Shown: positions 48,742 to 61,998, counted from the whole stretch's first letter. The stretch: DNA of 63,262 bases, filler included, from Rhabdomonas costata (GCA_019059605.1; 42 parts of 42 records of this genome joined end to end with filler, not necessarily neighbours in it); one strand, 5' to 3'. The notes: generated by a model from the sequence alone, not told the origin. Numbers and translations are program-made.

Positions 48742-51346
48742 GTTTTGCTGTCACCCTTTCTCCACCGCCCACCCCCTCCCTCCAAAGCTCACCGCCACAG
48801 GTGTGCTGGGGTTGCCAGTGACACGTTAATTTGGAATATCTGCAATGAACCAGGTCCTCGCCCAGGTGGCGTTGTTGGTGAAGGGATGCCAATTTTTCAG
48901 TTACTTGGGGACAGGGAACAAGCAGGAGGTAAAGCAACAAACCCACCGTCGCTGTCACAGAACACTTTTATCCAAGAGTCTACCAAAGATTTGAACCACC
49001 GGAAACGGAAGCGGAAGCGGAACTGTGGGTTGCTTTCAAAGGAATCACGGTAAAGCCAGGCAAGTGATGCTAGATGGCGCTGGACGGTGGGGGCCACAAA
49101 CCCAGAAACAGCATGCACAGAAGCAAAGGGGGTCGCGAAGACAAGATTTGGCCCACACACAAAGGAAGGCCAGAGATCAGCAGCCCAAGACGTTTCCTCT
49201 GCCAGCACCACAGGAAATGGAAATGAGGCCAGGTGGGAATATACGTACCCAAAGGCAAGGCATAATTTAACAAGCACACAGGCCCAGGAAAGCGTCGAAA
49301 GGGTCAGCAGAAGTCACAGAAATGTTTGTTCTTGCGCCAAGCGAGCTCGTAAATAGCCATCTCAGCGCCCTGAGTACTGAAATGGTGGTACCTGAGATGA
49401 GTTTTGACGAGACCCCAGAGGAGATCGATGGTTTTCGTATGACACGAAGAACCATCGGGTAAGCGTCGAACATACTCACCATCTTTATGACAGACAAATT
49501 GCGACGCAGGGTATCCCATGTCAATCAGGTTCTCCCAATAAGCTCGGAGCCCATCGGAGAAGATCCTTGAGCCTGCTCTACTCGCCCTCCCCCGTGCTGC
49601 ACGACAGGGTTGTGGCGGTGAGGGGTGGGTCCATGAGCATCACCATCACCATGAACGGCATCCGGAAGAAAAACAACGAAAACGCAAACAAAAANNNNNN
49701 NNNNNNNNNNNNNNNNNNNNNNNNNNNNNNNNNNNNNNTTAATTAATTAANNNNNNNNNNNNNNNNNNNNNNNNNNNNNNNNNNNNNNNNNNNNGGGGGT
49801 GTGCCATCATTTTTCTGACACTTTTGTTGAATGTACCGCTGTTAGCGGTTGAAAAAATACCGGTCTTTTCAATGGATGGACAAAGCAGTGTCCAATCCTT
49901 GCCATAATGCTGTTTTGCTGTGTTCGCTGTAATAGGGCAGGCACTTAAAGTCGCCCGGCGCCTTGTTGCACGTGATTTCCGGTAGTAGTCGCCGATTGCG
50001 TTTCCGGCGCAATACGGATTACTTTCCGCGGGCTTACCGCCGCGCCGCAAGATCATTTTATGGTGCACCATATTTTTCAATTACGAAAACCGAAATTAGT
50101 TCCCAAAACGCACAACAGCCGAACCGTACGCAAAGGCGGCCGGAAAATCGAGGGCCGCTGGTTTAAAAGGACCGATACCACAAGGGACACCCTACGAGAA
50201 ACAAACGAGGCATTCGACGTCAAAGGGCACAGTCTGGACGTGCAGAAATCGGTCGGGGAAGTTGCGGCAGCAGTTAGGAGGGTTTGTGGTTTGTCCACCG
50301 GGCCACTGGTGAAAAACGCTCCCAATCCATAGTTTGTAGAACTGAAAGCGACAGGTCTCAAACAGATACCTGCCCCTGACATATGAAGAATGATTCGAAG
50401 AGCTGGGAACCGGGATTCGGATTGGCCGATTTGGCATCGAATGTTATGATGATTCCTTCAGGCGTTCCCGCGGTGGGGAAAGCCCAACTGACCGAAGGGA
50501 TTACCGTGCAATAGAAACCATGAAAACTGTTCGAACAATGTGACACTCCAAACGCCTCCGCGGGAAAGGTGCGCCCACCATGCACATGATGGACCCCCAC
50601 AAGCAGAGGACACCCCATCATGGCTTGGAGGACTTGTCCGCATTCTTCTTCGCCCACCTTCCCTTCCGTTTTGAGCCCTTCTGGACATTCTTCCAGTCAG
50701 TACCTGTGGCGCGGAGCGAAACCAAAATAAACCACCCAGAACTAAAACAAAACGTTAAGAAAAGGAAATGAGATGGCACGCTCCGCTCACCTTTTTCCTT
50801 CTTGGGAGTATTCTTTCCCCCCTCCTTTGGCTTCGCGTCCTTCGGCTTTGCGTCCTTCGGCTTCGGCGGCTTCTTGGCGTTGTTGGGTTTGCTCTCTGCA
50901 AAAACAGGAGTATTTTAAGGGACAATAAGAGCGGAGACGCACAATAAACTCGGAAACGCACTTTGCGTGAGCAGGCCCGATTCGCACGACGACGACCGTG
51001 GTTACAATGGCGGATGTCTAAAAAAACGTACACACATCTCATTAACTTACAACATCGTGCGCATGCTCTTCTGCAAACCCCGTTGCTTCGCTGAAGACCC
51101 CCGCTTCTTTCTTTTTCGCTTTTCCGCCTCTGCATGTGAAACCGCCGGCGCAGGGCAGAGCGATAATCGCTACACACAAACCCAAACACACCCACCACNN
51201 NNNNNNNNNNNNNNNNNNNNNNNNNNNNNNNNNNNNNNNNNNTTAATTAATTAANNNNNNNNNNNNNNNNNNNNNNNNNNNNNNNNNNNNNNNNNNNNCC
51301 GCGCTTCTCGGTGTGTGTGTGTGTGTCTGCCTCTGCAAGCCTGCAG

Positions 51347-52460
51347 GTCAACCGGGGTTTACGAGCGCGGATAGTTGGGTGCCCGTGAACAGCACTCCAG
51401 ACGCGTCAGTCAGGGTTCCCAATGCCCCGACGCACACCCTCGGTCGTAGGTTGGGGCACACCGACGTGGTGAGGCAGGGGAGAGTAGCGTGAGGCAGCGA
51501 GGCCCAGAGGAGACAAAGAAGGGGGTGAGGTACGACGGGCGCATGCACCATCGAGAGTGACTAGCCCGGGAGGAAGAGAAGCCCCGGAAAAAAGTCGCCT
51601 TGGCCAAGTGCACAAAGCGTGTGTGCCTCCCTCACTCTGTGCGAAAATTGTCGTTAGGAGTAGGAGTCTTCCAGCAGCACCCGTTTAAGTACACCTGTTG
51701 GGGTCTCTCGGGGAATCGGGGAAACGCGACCACGCACTTCCGCTTAAATATTCTTCCGATTCCGATTGGTTGGGGAACTTCACCTGTTGGCCCCACTAGC
51801 CGATGTCTATGTGTGTGTCTCCTGGGCATTGTTGCAGTTGAACCAAAGCAGTGATCTGTTGAACCGTTGCTTCTTCAGTTAGTTGCGTTTGTTCGCGTTA
51901 CTTTCGTTCCTCGTGCATCCCGTCCTTTCGCTTTTTTTTTCTACAATTCGCAGGAGACCTTCCTCCAGAAGGAGCGTCTCCGAAAATCGCCGTGTCTCTG
52001 TGAGGTATGCTTTTGTCTTTTCATTGGTTCTAGCGCACTTCAGCGCACTGTTCGTGCATTCCAGTAATCTGAGAAAGGCAGCAAGATGCTGTGCATGACA
52101 CTTGCCAGTATGCAACAACAGATCTGTTCCATCTTCCAGTGTTGATCAATGCTTCACATTTGTGAAGGTGTGATCGTCACTTCCTCACTTCGGCATACTC
52201 TGTCCCTCCCGCGCAGTGCGCTGTGACTTCAGCTGGGCAGCTGCGTGGTAGCCGCCGGGTCTGCGTTTCTTTCCTTCTCTCCTACGCTCCCCCCTCCCCC
52301 TTTTCCCCGCAGCCTTCCCTCCGCGGAGGGAGTGGAGGACACCCACCTTGTCTTCCAACGAAGGGCAGATGGGGTGGTAGTCGCCCGCGCCGCCTTGGGC
52401 GCTGCCGTGGAGGTCAACGGGGAGTGTGTCCTCGAGGGGCAGGACGTGCTCCTTCAGCAT
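51347..52460 (+). CDS. FHA-like domain gene fragment, exons 51347-51473 and 52313-52460 (possible phase 2-2 cassette 51954-52004)
   Basis: Joined product HTLGRRLGHTDVVS-LPSAEGVEDTHLVFQ...GAAVEVNGECV...VLLQH fits FHA GR...D-x-x-L...H...VNG...L-x-H. The join requires a GC donor at 51474. Confidence 0.65.
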
Positions 52461-55400
52461 GTTCGTCGCCTTGCCTTCAGTTGCCGTGGCTCTCTTCTTT
52501 CTTGCCCCAACACGGCGCAACCAGAGCACAGTGCTGAGCCCCACTCCGCTCACCCATACTCAAGAGTCCTGTAAGTATCGTTTTTTTGTCTGTTTGGTTC
52601 TGAACCCTTCCGCTGCAGTGCCGTGTATCGCTTCTTGATTTTTATGAAGTACTTTTTTTAGGGAACAGGACGAATGAGGCCTCACAGTTTTCTTGCCCCC
52701 AAAAAAANNNNNNNNNNNNNNNNNNNNNNNNNNNNNNNNNNNNNNNNNNNNTTAATTAATTAANNNNNNNNNNNNNNNNNNNNNNNNNNNNNNNNNNNNN
52801 NNNNNNNGGGTTGGGGTGAAGCGAAGGCGAACTGCCCCCCCTCCCTCCGCTGAGCAGAAGTGCTACCACACTTTGGGAGTGCTACAGGGTAGCGTTGCAC
52901 CTGCTCGGCAATTCGCAGAAGTCGGTGCTGCCGGTTCTCGCACTCCGTAGCCAACTGCGCAGCTCCGCTGTCGTCAACCGTGTCAGCTGAATACTGATGC
53001 AGAGCTAACGAAAACGCGGACAGAACCACAGGGGCAGTGGATACCAATACGGCGTGTAACAAAAAGACCCCAGAGAACAAGGCAAACGGTGTCTAGGGCG
53101 GCAGAAAGGCAAGCTATCGACAGATATGTTACTAACACAGCGGAGAAGGACACTGGACAACAGCGGCTCGCATCTCATTAATGCAGTCAGAGTTGCGGGA
53201 AGTAGCTGCGAAAATAAAAATTAAGGAGCTTTAAGGAAATTAAGGGCCTTATGCAACTCACTTTATGGTTGCGAAATGTCAAGGCCAAAAAGCCAAAAAG
53301 CCATCAGGGTGAGAGTGATCAGTCGATGGTACCCACGAGCCACCAACAATACTTCCCCACCATCACAGACACACAGAGGAATGGGAAATACTCTGTTGGT
53401 CGGAGTCTTCAGCGCGAGTAACCACGGAGCACTTCTGTTTGCAAAATGATCTCCACTGTGCAATGGCCTGGCTTAGCAGCAGCTCTTCCCCCTGCGACCG
53501 GCAAGGCGGATGGGTGGATGACGTCCGCAAAAGGCCGAACAGCAAACTTGCAAACACAACCGAAGCACTATTGCACTCCCCACCAACAAATCTTCCTATC
53601 CAACCCGTCTGTCAAGAAACACCAACAACCCTCACAGACGGAAATTATATCCAGAAAATACACACCAAAATTTTAGCAAACGAAAAAAGTGAAGTGCCGA
53701 AGCAATCAAACGATGGCGGATACGCGGATTTCTATCCTGACGATTTCCTCAGGACACACAACTAGTTGTACAGAAAACGTCCACCAAACCATCAGAAATT
53801 TGACAGAAGGCAGAAGGCAGAGGGCTCGCATGCCTCATCTTTGGTCTCAAGAGCCGCGAGCTGTGCAGCACGGGCGACGCGCTCGACATCATTGACGGAA
53901 AGTTCCCTCTTTCGTTTCCCAAAAGGGAGCATTCAAAGAACTGAATTGAATTCAAACTTCAAACTGTAGCAAAAAAAACAAGTCGCAGAAGAACTAAATG
54001 AAAGGGGCACAACAGCTTTGGGTGTCAGGCATTGAGCTAACTAGCTCACCTCTTCGCGGCAACAAGTACACAAACCAAAACGCGAAAGGGAAAGCAAGCA
54101 ACGCTGCAAAGAATTTCCGATGCCTACACTGCAATTCCTGATAAAACATCGAAGTTCGCAAAGGGGCTCACCAACCCCCGGCAAATGCAGAAAGAAAGGG
54201 GACCCAAACCAACCCNNNNNNNNNNNNNNNNNNNNNNNNNNNNNNNNNNNNNNNNNNNNTTAATTAATTAANNNNNNNNNNNNNNNNNNNNNNNNNNNNN
54301 NNNNNNNNNNNNNNNGGGTTGGTGGTTTCCCTCTTGCGCTCCCTCAGGGCATTGCACGAGCGGCCAGGCGGCCTTGCTCGGAGTATGCGTGGACGTAGTT
54401 GCATGCCTGGCCGTTCGTGCAATGCCCTGAGGGAGCGCAAGAGGGAAACCAGAAACATCAAAACATCAGAGAAAAAGAGCCGTCGCGAGCAAGGCACCTG
54501 GTTGCCTGCGTGTAGGGGGGAGGGAAGACAATTTGGGTGACTGCAACTAAGGAAAAGCAAGACGCCGTGCTTAAAATAGGGATGTTAGGCTTCCACTCCA
54601 CTTTGCCGCGGGAACGGCACTCCAAAGGTCGCTCCTTGGTGTTAAATGTGTAAGCCAAAGCTTGGATTAGGCAACCTTTTCAGAAGGAACATTCCGGCTT
54701 CTCTTACCTGTACACCTGTCACACTATTTCTCTCCATATCCGCACACATATCTAAACATGCAAAGTACCAAGACATGTGCACACAGCATGTCCCCTTAAC
54801 CTGCTCAATTAACGCCACTCCACACACATCCGTGCATCCGAGCACGTTGTGTAAAGGGGCACACAGACACACGCGCAGACCTCGGAACCTCCAGGCGTGG
54901 CAGTGCAGCCCGGGGACGTACCGCGTGGGGCCCTCCAGCTCCGCTCGGGTGCTGCGCTGGGTGGCCTCCACCTCGTCGAGCTGCAGCCATACCCCTTCCA
55001 CGAGCAGCCGGCCAGGGTAAGGCGGCCCCTTGACTCCCCTGCCACAAATCACAGCCGGCCCACCTCAAGCCCCACACACACCCAAAGGAAAAACTGAGCG
55101 AAACCTCAGACCGTAGCCAACGACAGGCTCTCACCTGAATCCCTCACTCGAATGCTCACATCCTAATATAGTACAGCTGAGCAACCCGGGAACGGATTCG
55201 ACACCCGGAGGTGACCATTCACATGTGTGCGTGTATGTATCGATGGGAATGCGCACACCCTCATCCCAACCCTGGTCGACAAGACCAGCACGAAAAACCT
55301 GCATCGACAATGCGAAACACCTCAAGCACTGCAAGACAGCAAGAAGGGCAACACCCACCAAGGCGCTGTGTGCGTGGGGTTCGGGTGGGGCATACGCGGC

Positions 55401-57331
55401 CTTGGAGCCGTCGTGGCCCTTCATCTGCGGAAGCAGCCGAGGAAGCTGGGCCAAAAGCTTCGCCTGCTGAGTGGCCAGCTCTTTCGCCTCCTTCTCGCGC
55501 TTCCTATGAGCACGACCGACGTAGAATAGAATAAAAATCAAACCAAGACAGACACCTTCACACAAGACCAGTGCAAGTTTGCGCCCTGAGAGGTAGCAGC
55601 TGCAGCGGCATTCTTCGGGCCAAAACAGCGGATGGTAGAAGGCGCGGGGGTGTCCCCAGGGAAACCTCCACTCGCCTGCACCCACGCACAAACTCATGCG
55701 CGCATACTTCTCGGCCTTCTTGGNNNNNNNNNNNNNNNNNNNNNNNNNNNNNNNNNNNNNNNNNNNNTTAATTAATTAANNNNNNNNNNNNNNNNNNNNN
55801 NNNNNNNNNNNNNNNNNNNNNNNTTTGGGGATCCGTGTGGTGAACCGGGTGATAGGGGCGAGTGATAGCGGCACGGAGAGAGAGAGAGGGGGGGGTGCGT
55901 AAAGAGACCCAATGGTTAGAGAACCAAGATGCTGCTCTGACCCTGAGAATCTGAGATCTGAGAATGGTCGGAGAAGCGAGAGGAGGTATGGTTGGGACGA
56001 AATAGCCCCTGCTTTTGGAAAGACAAACAGCATTCGAACCAGCGCAGTGTGTGTGTGTATGGTTGTGGGAGTGTAAGAGGTGAAGTTGGCACTGAAATGT
56101 TCCGGAATAGATCTGGGGATGAACCTGGGTGCGTGGACTGCATGCACAGTGGAAGAGGAAGAGGAACGAGGTGGGGCCCCTCCCCAACAGCACGCCGCCT
56201 CCGGCTGAGTCCCGGGCCTTACACCACGCGCCCGCGCACCAGGAAAAGGGACCAGAACGTAGCGGCATAAGAGAGACAGCAAACGAACCACTTGCGTTGA
56301 ACACTTGCAATGCAGCAACGAGCCAGATCGGCACGCATGAGAATCACTCGCGCTACTCACCCTTGTGTGCGGAGCCCAGAACTTTTCGCGCTTCCCCACG
56401 CTTCGTTGATCACCCATCGATAACCCTTGCTTGTATCAGTTCAGCCCGAGCAGGAGTGACGCAGAGACGCTCAGGAGCCAAGAAGCGCCAACAGAAACGT
56501 GGTGGTGGTGGTGGTGGTGTGGTGGAGGGCGCCCTGAAGCGGCAGCATCCATGTCCATGACAAAGTGTTGCTACAAGTTTGTGCGCAAGCAAGCATCGCA
56601 AAACGAAGGCAAAGAGTAAAAGTTGAAGAAAAAACGGATGCACAGCCAAAATCGAAAAGAATTGGCAGAGGCATCCAAGACGCCCTTCCATCGAAGAGCA
56701 GAGAGGAAGAGGGGATTGGTATGGGCAGAGCGAGCCAAAACGGTGCGGAAGGCGAGATCGCTGCTTTGGTCTGAGAATAGTTGGAGAGGAGCGAGAGAGA
56801 GGGCGTGGTTGCGGTAGAGCGCTCCCCAGCAACGCGCCGCCTTCAGCTTCCGCGTATACGCATGGGATACAAGAGAACACCGCGGCCAAAGGAGGAGTGA
56901 GCACCTCCACTGCAGCAATGAGGTACAGCGACGCGCAAAACAACTCAATAAAGTGCAATAAAGTTATACACTGATACGGGAAAAATCAACAGGCTCCCCA
57001 AACACGCCTTGGCCCGCTCGCCACGCGCAGGCGATGCAGGAAGACAAGAAGAAGCCGTACTTCGAATTTCGATCTCATCAAACCCATCAAAACCAAACAC
57101 GCACAAAAAGACGGGTGAAACGGCACGACACGATACATCTCCTACATATCACCCATAGGAAAGAGCATCCCTATGAACGGTAAACTAGGGCAATCAGGGG
57201 AACTAGGGCACGCTATCTCTGTCCACAAAACNNNNNNNNNNNNNNNNNNNNNNNNNNNNNNNNNNNNNNNNNNNNTTAATTAATTAANNNNNNNNNNNNN
57301 NNNNNNNNNNNNNNNNNNNNNNNNNNNNNNN

Positions 57332-57701
57332 GTGTTGGGGTTTCTTAACTTGTTGCTTTTTCAAAAATATTGCCTTCTGCAGCGTCTTGCGAAATCCAAG
57401 AACAGTGCTGCAGCTTCACCGCCAATTCAGACAGTCTGTATTTTCTTTTGTACCTGTTTTCCTTTGTCAGTTTACTATGACGATGTCCAAAAGGTTAATG
57501 GGGCAAAGAACTCGCAATGCAATCCCCTGCCGCAGGTGGTTTTAGCGAAGCTGGCAGGTGTTGCAAACCCCGTTTGATAAGAGTTTTTTTCGCACCACAA
57601 AACGAAGGTATCTTTTTGGTCAAATAAGCGAATCGGTGTTGGGGTTTCTTAACTTGTTGCTTTTTCAAAAATATTGCCTTCTGCAGCGTCTTGCGAAATC
57701 C
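57332..57701. repeat. Exact 66-bp direct repeat (57332-57397 and 57636-57701), period 304 bp
   Basis: Direct reading. The first copy is cut by the contig start. Confidence 0.92.
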
Positions 57702-57911
57702 GTCCCTTCCTAGATTTGCATTTTTATTCAAGTCACCATGGACTTCATGAAAAATACAACACTTAATTAGAAACACTTTGGAAAAACTTCAAAACTGTAG
57801 AGAGCATTGTACACAATTCGCAAAAAAAACCATAAAAATGCAAATAAAAAAGGAAGGTGTGGAAAGGACTTCCCACCCACCCACCGTGTTGCCTTTTAGT
57901 AGTTAGGGTGT

Positions 57912-58148
57912 GTGCTGGACGAAGATGTTTTTTGGGGGAGTGCGGCCAGCAACGGTTGTCCTTTTGTGGACCGATTGTACGGTACCAGCTGTAACTACTG
58001 CTCTGAAATCCCGGGTCAGAAATTCGGAGTCCTTCCAGAATCCCTCTTTGTTACCGATCGGGAATTGCCCGCTTTTATGAAGGCTTTCTCTGTACAGTGT
58101 TTTTCCTCACCTCTTCCGGGAACATGGCTGACGAACAACGAGCGTTGA
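57912..58148 (+). mobile_element. Probable decayed Mutator/MULE transposase fragment
   Basis: PESLFVTDRELPAFMKAF...PLPGTWLTNN resembles the MULE second-Asp region P..(I/F)VTDR(D/E)..LM.A...F....LC.WH..N, but the CxxH motif is lost. Confidence 0.4.
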
Positions 58149-58929
58149 GGAAAAGACTTCTTGCGGAGGCAAAGCTGCTCCAACAAAATGTTGAGCAGCT
58201 TTCCACCTCTCCCCTTGCGCAATCATCTGTTTAGTGAGACCCGATGTGCCATTTCAACCTGTCTTTGCTACATTTCCTTTATATTTCTAAAGTGTGATCG
58301 TTTTCGAGTTTCCACAAACACACACACATACAAAACATTGAATTTTTTTATAGCTCCCGCTCAGTGCCCTCCTCTGCACTGCTACCTTGCATTGCTGCCA
58401 AATCGTTTTGTTTCCCCTTCACATCTTTTCGTTCCTCCTTGTGCATTGTCTGTTTGTTGCTGAACTTCGGCGTAAGGACTCTGTGAATTGTTATAGTGAT
58501 CGCCATTAAATATTTTTATGGAAAATTTTTTAAATCACCGCTTTAAAAAGGGGGGCTGCTATCAGCAAACCAAGCCAACTTGCTTCACTCTTGAGGTTGT
58601 GATGGCGGTCCCTATGAGTAAAATGAAAGAGCGAAGAACGAGAAAAGAAACAAGTCGCTCTTCTTTTTTACTTTGTGGTGTGCCATTCTACACACTTCTC
58701 CACAGGTTCTCAAGGTCATTTGTTCGACAAACACCACACNNNNNNNNNNNNNNNNNNNNNNNNNNNNNNNNNNNNNNNNNNNNTTAATTAATTAANNNNN
58801 NNNNNNNNNNNNNNNNNNNNNNNNNNNNNNNNNNNNNNNGGGTGGTTGGACGAGACTTCATGTAAATCATCATATTCAACGAACTCGTTTCTATAATGAT
58901 GAGCTCGTTGGGGGCTGGTGCACTCACAG

Positions 58930-59223
58930 GACTTCTGGGCGACGATGCGCACACTGAAGGGCCTGGTGGCTTGCTTTGAGGCGACCAAGGACTTCAAGAG
59001 GGCCATCAGCACAGCCGAGCGGTGCTGCCTCCTCATTACTCATATTCTTTGTTACGCTTTTCGGTGCATTATTTTGAAGGGCTGCCTGCCTTAAATTTGC
59101 TCATCGCATTATGCGATGTCTTTTATTGCCAGGGCAATTTTGTGGTGTGACCGGCACAAGCAGCCGGAGATCCGCAAGGAGTTTGAGGAGCGTTTGGAAG
59201 AACTCCGCAGTGCCTCCAAGTGA
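58930..59223 (+). CDS. Last two exons (58930-59021, 59133-59223) of a helical TPR-like protein
   Basis: DFWATMRTLKGLVACFEATKDFKRAISTAER|AILWCDRHKQPEIRKEFEERLEELRSASK-TGA, with a phase-compatible GT-AG intron. Confidence 0.6.
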
Positions 59224-60347
59224 GTCCGCTCGCGAACGCTCTCCCGTGTTCCCAAAGGACACCACCGCGCACTGGGATGTTTGCACGCTTTTTGGTCAAC
59301 TTGCGGACTCGTTTCCTGTGCAAGGTGGTGACTTTCCACTTTCCCACTGGACTGGAGGAGTTCAGCATTGTAAAGTGTTTGGTCTGCTGAATCTAGCCAA
59401 AACACGTAAACTTGCTCCGAGATGGTGCGAGGAATGAATCATTGCCGGTCTCTGATCCACAGAGAGGTACTGGTTAGCTGATCCGCGGAGACCATCATTT
59501 TAATCCAGCGGATGTTTATGTTTATTCTTGATTAATATGTGGGCATCCTTTCATGCTGCGCAAATTTCAATGCTTTTTCAGACCCGGTTACCAGTCTGCT
59601 GCTCGTACTCTTCACAGCAGTCCCGTAACTATTGATATGTGGATAAGGCATTTTCCTGAAACAGACTAATGGTAAAGGTTAAAAAGAAGAGGATGCTTTA
59701 CACATGCAGCGTTGATCAGCCATTCGACCACTTGACCATTGACCTTTCACCATGGTTTTGTTAGCTCATGTGCATCTGTATGTGTGGTGCTCCACTCCAG
59801 CAAAACGTTTTTGGATAAACTCTTTGGGTATATTTCAAACCTTGGGTTGTTTTTATGATGAGATCCCGTTGAAATTTTGTTTGTTTGTTGTGCAGTGCAA
59901 AATGTATTCTTTTGGTTGTGCCGGTATTGCCAGCACAAGGGCTAAAAGTGGTCTACGGACTAACCGTGGGGATTGCTCCTGGGAAAAAGGTTGCTGAAGG
60001 AGTCGTGTCCCTTTTCCTGCTAGCCAAGAGCATCCGCCATTTTGTGCCTGTGACGTTTAAAACTGTTTCTTTACGTCTGATCAGTCTGATCAGTTGCTTG
60101 TAGCGAAGCAATTTATCCCCGTCTTGCTTTGGGCCCTGCCTTTTTGCCTTTAACCTGTGTCGCTGCCTGCTGGAGCTTCTAGACGCCTTTGGCCTGCATG
60201 CAGCTCTCTGGCCGTGGCCCTGATGGCCCAGACCTTCCAACCCCACANNNNNNNNNNNNNNNNNNNNNNNNNNNNNNNNNNNNNNNNNNNNTTAATTAAT
60301 TAANNNNNNNNNNNNNNNNNNNNNNNNNNNNNNNNNNNNNNNNNNNN

Positions 60348-61754
60348 TGTGTTTAGGAACAACCACGAGCACGCCATCGCCATTTCCAAAAGACTTCAAT
60401 TCACTGCATCGGGACTGCCACTGAATGCCGGTTGCGGTTACCACCCAGAACGTGGGGGGTGGACCCCCATTTGGTGTAGGACTGCTCACCACGGATACCC
60501 CAGCGTAGTTAAGCATCGAGGTGGTTGCCTGTTTTCGAACTGGATCATCATCCTCCACCACGGCGGTGAGACTGGTACATGGGAGAAAAACTTTGCCAAA
60601 CGACGCAGGGATTTCAAAATGGAATCCGGCATGCTCCTCCAACTCGGCCCCCTCACAAGAGAAGTCGCCACCCATCGCTTTGACAATAAACCCACAAACT
60701 TGCAGTCCCAGAGTCATTCCTGCGCCCAGAGAGCGGACAGCAGGAAAGTTGCTTCTGTGTGGGTCATGTCTACCCACCACGTGGCCGTGCAAGCGGTTGC
60801 TGGACAAGCTCCAGGATAGACTAAGTACAACACGGCCGCCACTTGCGAAACCTTGAGCCACCACCACGAGATTGGCCAGTACCCTCTGCAGAAGCACCGG
60901 GTCGCACCAAACCTCCGTGGGCACTGCTGAGTCCGCACTAAATATCAGCTCCGTCTTATCCTGGGCAGCACTGAGCTCTGCGGTTCGCAATACCCGAATC
61001 GCTAGCCTAAACAACACAAAAACATGTTGCAGAACGTTTCGTGCGCAGTGAAACCAAAAACAAGAATGCATAAAACGGTGCAGAACCTTCGAACGTTCAC
61101 ACGTCGCTGAACAGGTCGAATACCCACCTCCTGGTGTGTGCTGAAGTCCAGCATGTTGTTGACACATAACAGACCGCTTTGCAGGGACACCCACGCCTTT
61201 TGCAGCAGCTCTTCACCATCGCCCTCTCCAGTAACGGTCTGGGAGTCGATCAGAACCTCAAGTGCTGCCAGCGCCGTGGTCAGCGGGGTGCGAATGTCGT
61301 GGCTTAGTGTGAAAGGAATCGAGCAAGCATCACAAGGTAAGTTGGATGACCGTCCCACGTGAGTATAGGATGGCTCACCAACGGCAGACTCAGTGCTCAA
61401 AGCACTTGTGCTGCTGCTCACTTGTGCAAAGGGGATCTCAGGCGCGCTTCGTGGTTGCTGGTAACTGCCTTTGCTGGTCGGCAAAGAGCAGGGCACAACC
61501 GACGGGAGGGTCGCAACACCCGTGTCCAGTGCAGGAGCTGACGACGACGCAGGTTCTGACAAACCCGAGCTGCACAGATGCACTATTGAGGAAAAATCGT
61601 AGCCCGGATATGATGTCATAGCCTTCACATCCACAACGCAGTTCACACCGGAGCGGGTGCATGGCTGAACGTGACTCGGTGCCTCTGTCGTCGACGAGCG
61701 ACACAAGGTCAAGGATACCGCCCCGGAGACTCGGTTCTGCTGTCGTTGATGCAT
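60348..61754 (-). CDS. Hybrid sensor histidine kinase-like protein (HisKA + degenerate HATPase_c + start of a receiver-like fold), exons 61754-61087 and 61006-60348
   Basis: H-box LSHDIRTPL, NNMLDFS, VWCDPVLLQRVLANLV, LGLQVCGFIVKAMGG, FHFEIP, then AVVEDDDPV. The 80-nt GT-AG intron 61007-61086 joins the two ORFs in frame. Confidence 0.88.
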
Positions 61755-61998
61755 NNNNNNNNNNNNNNNNNNNNNNNNNNNNNNNNNNNNNNNNNNNNTT
61801 AATTAATTAANNNNNNNNNNNNNNNNNNNNNNNNNNNNNNNNNNNNNNNNNNNNCTCAATTCCATTGAAGAAGTGGTTGCAGATAGTGTTTCTCTGGGCG
61901 GTGAGGTCCTCCTTTAGCTCTGTTGTTGCAGTTTCGGGTTGTGGAAAACAGACAGTGGCCAAGGTTTTCCTGCTGTTAAGGAGTGCGCCAAGAAGTGC

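Noticed and set aside
54324-54450. Long hairpin as a pre-miRNA or structured ncRNA
   Set aside because: Sits exactly at a contig start like the other fold-back inversions; most likely an artefact.
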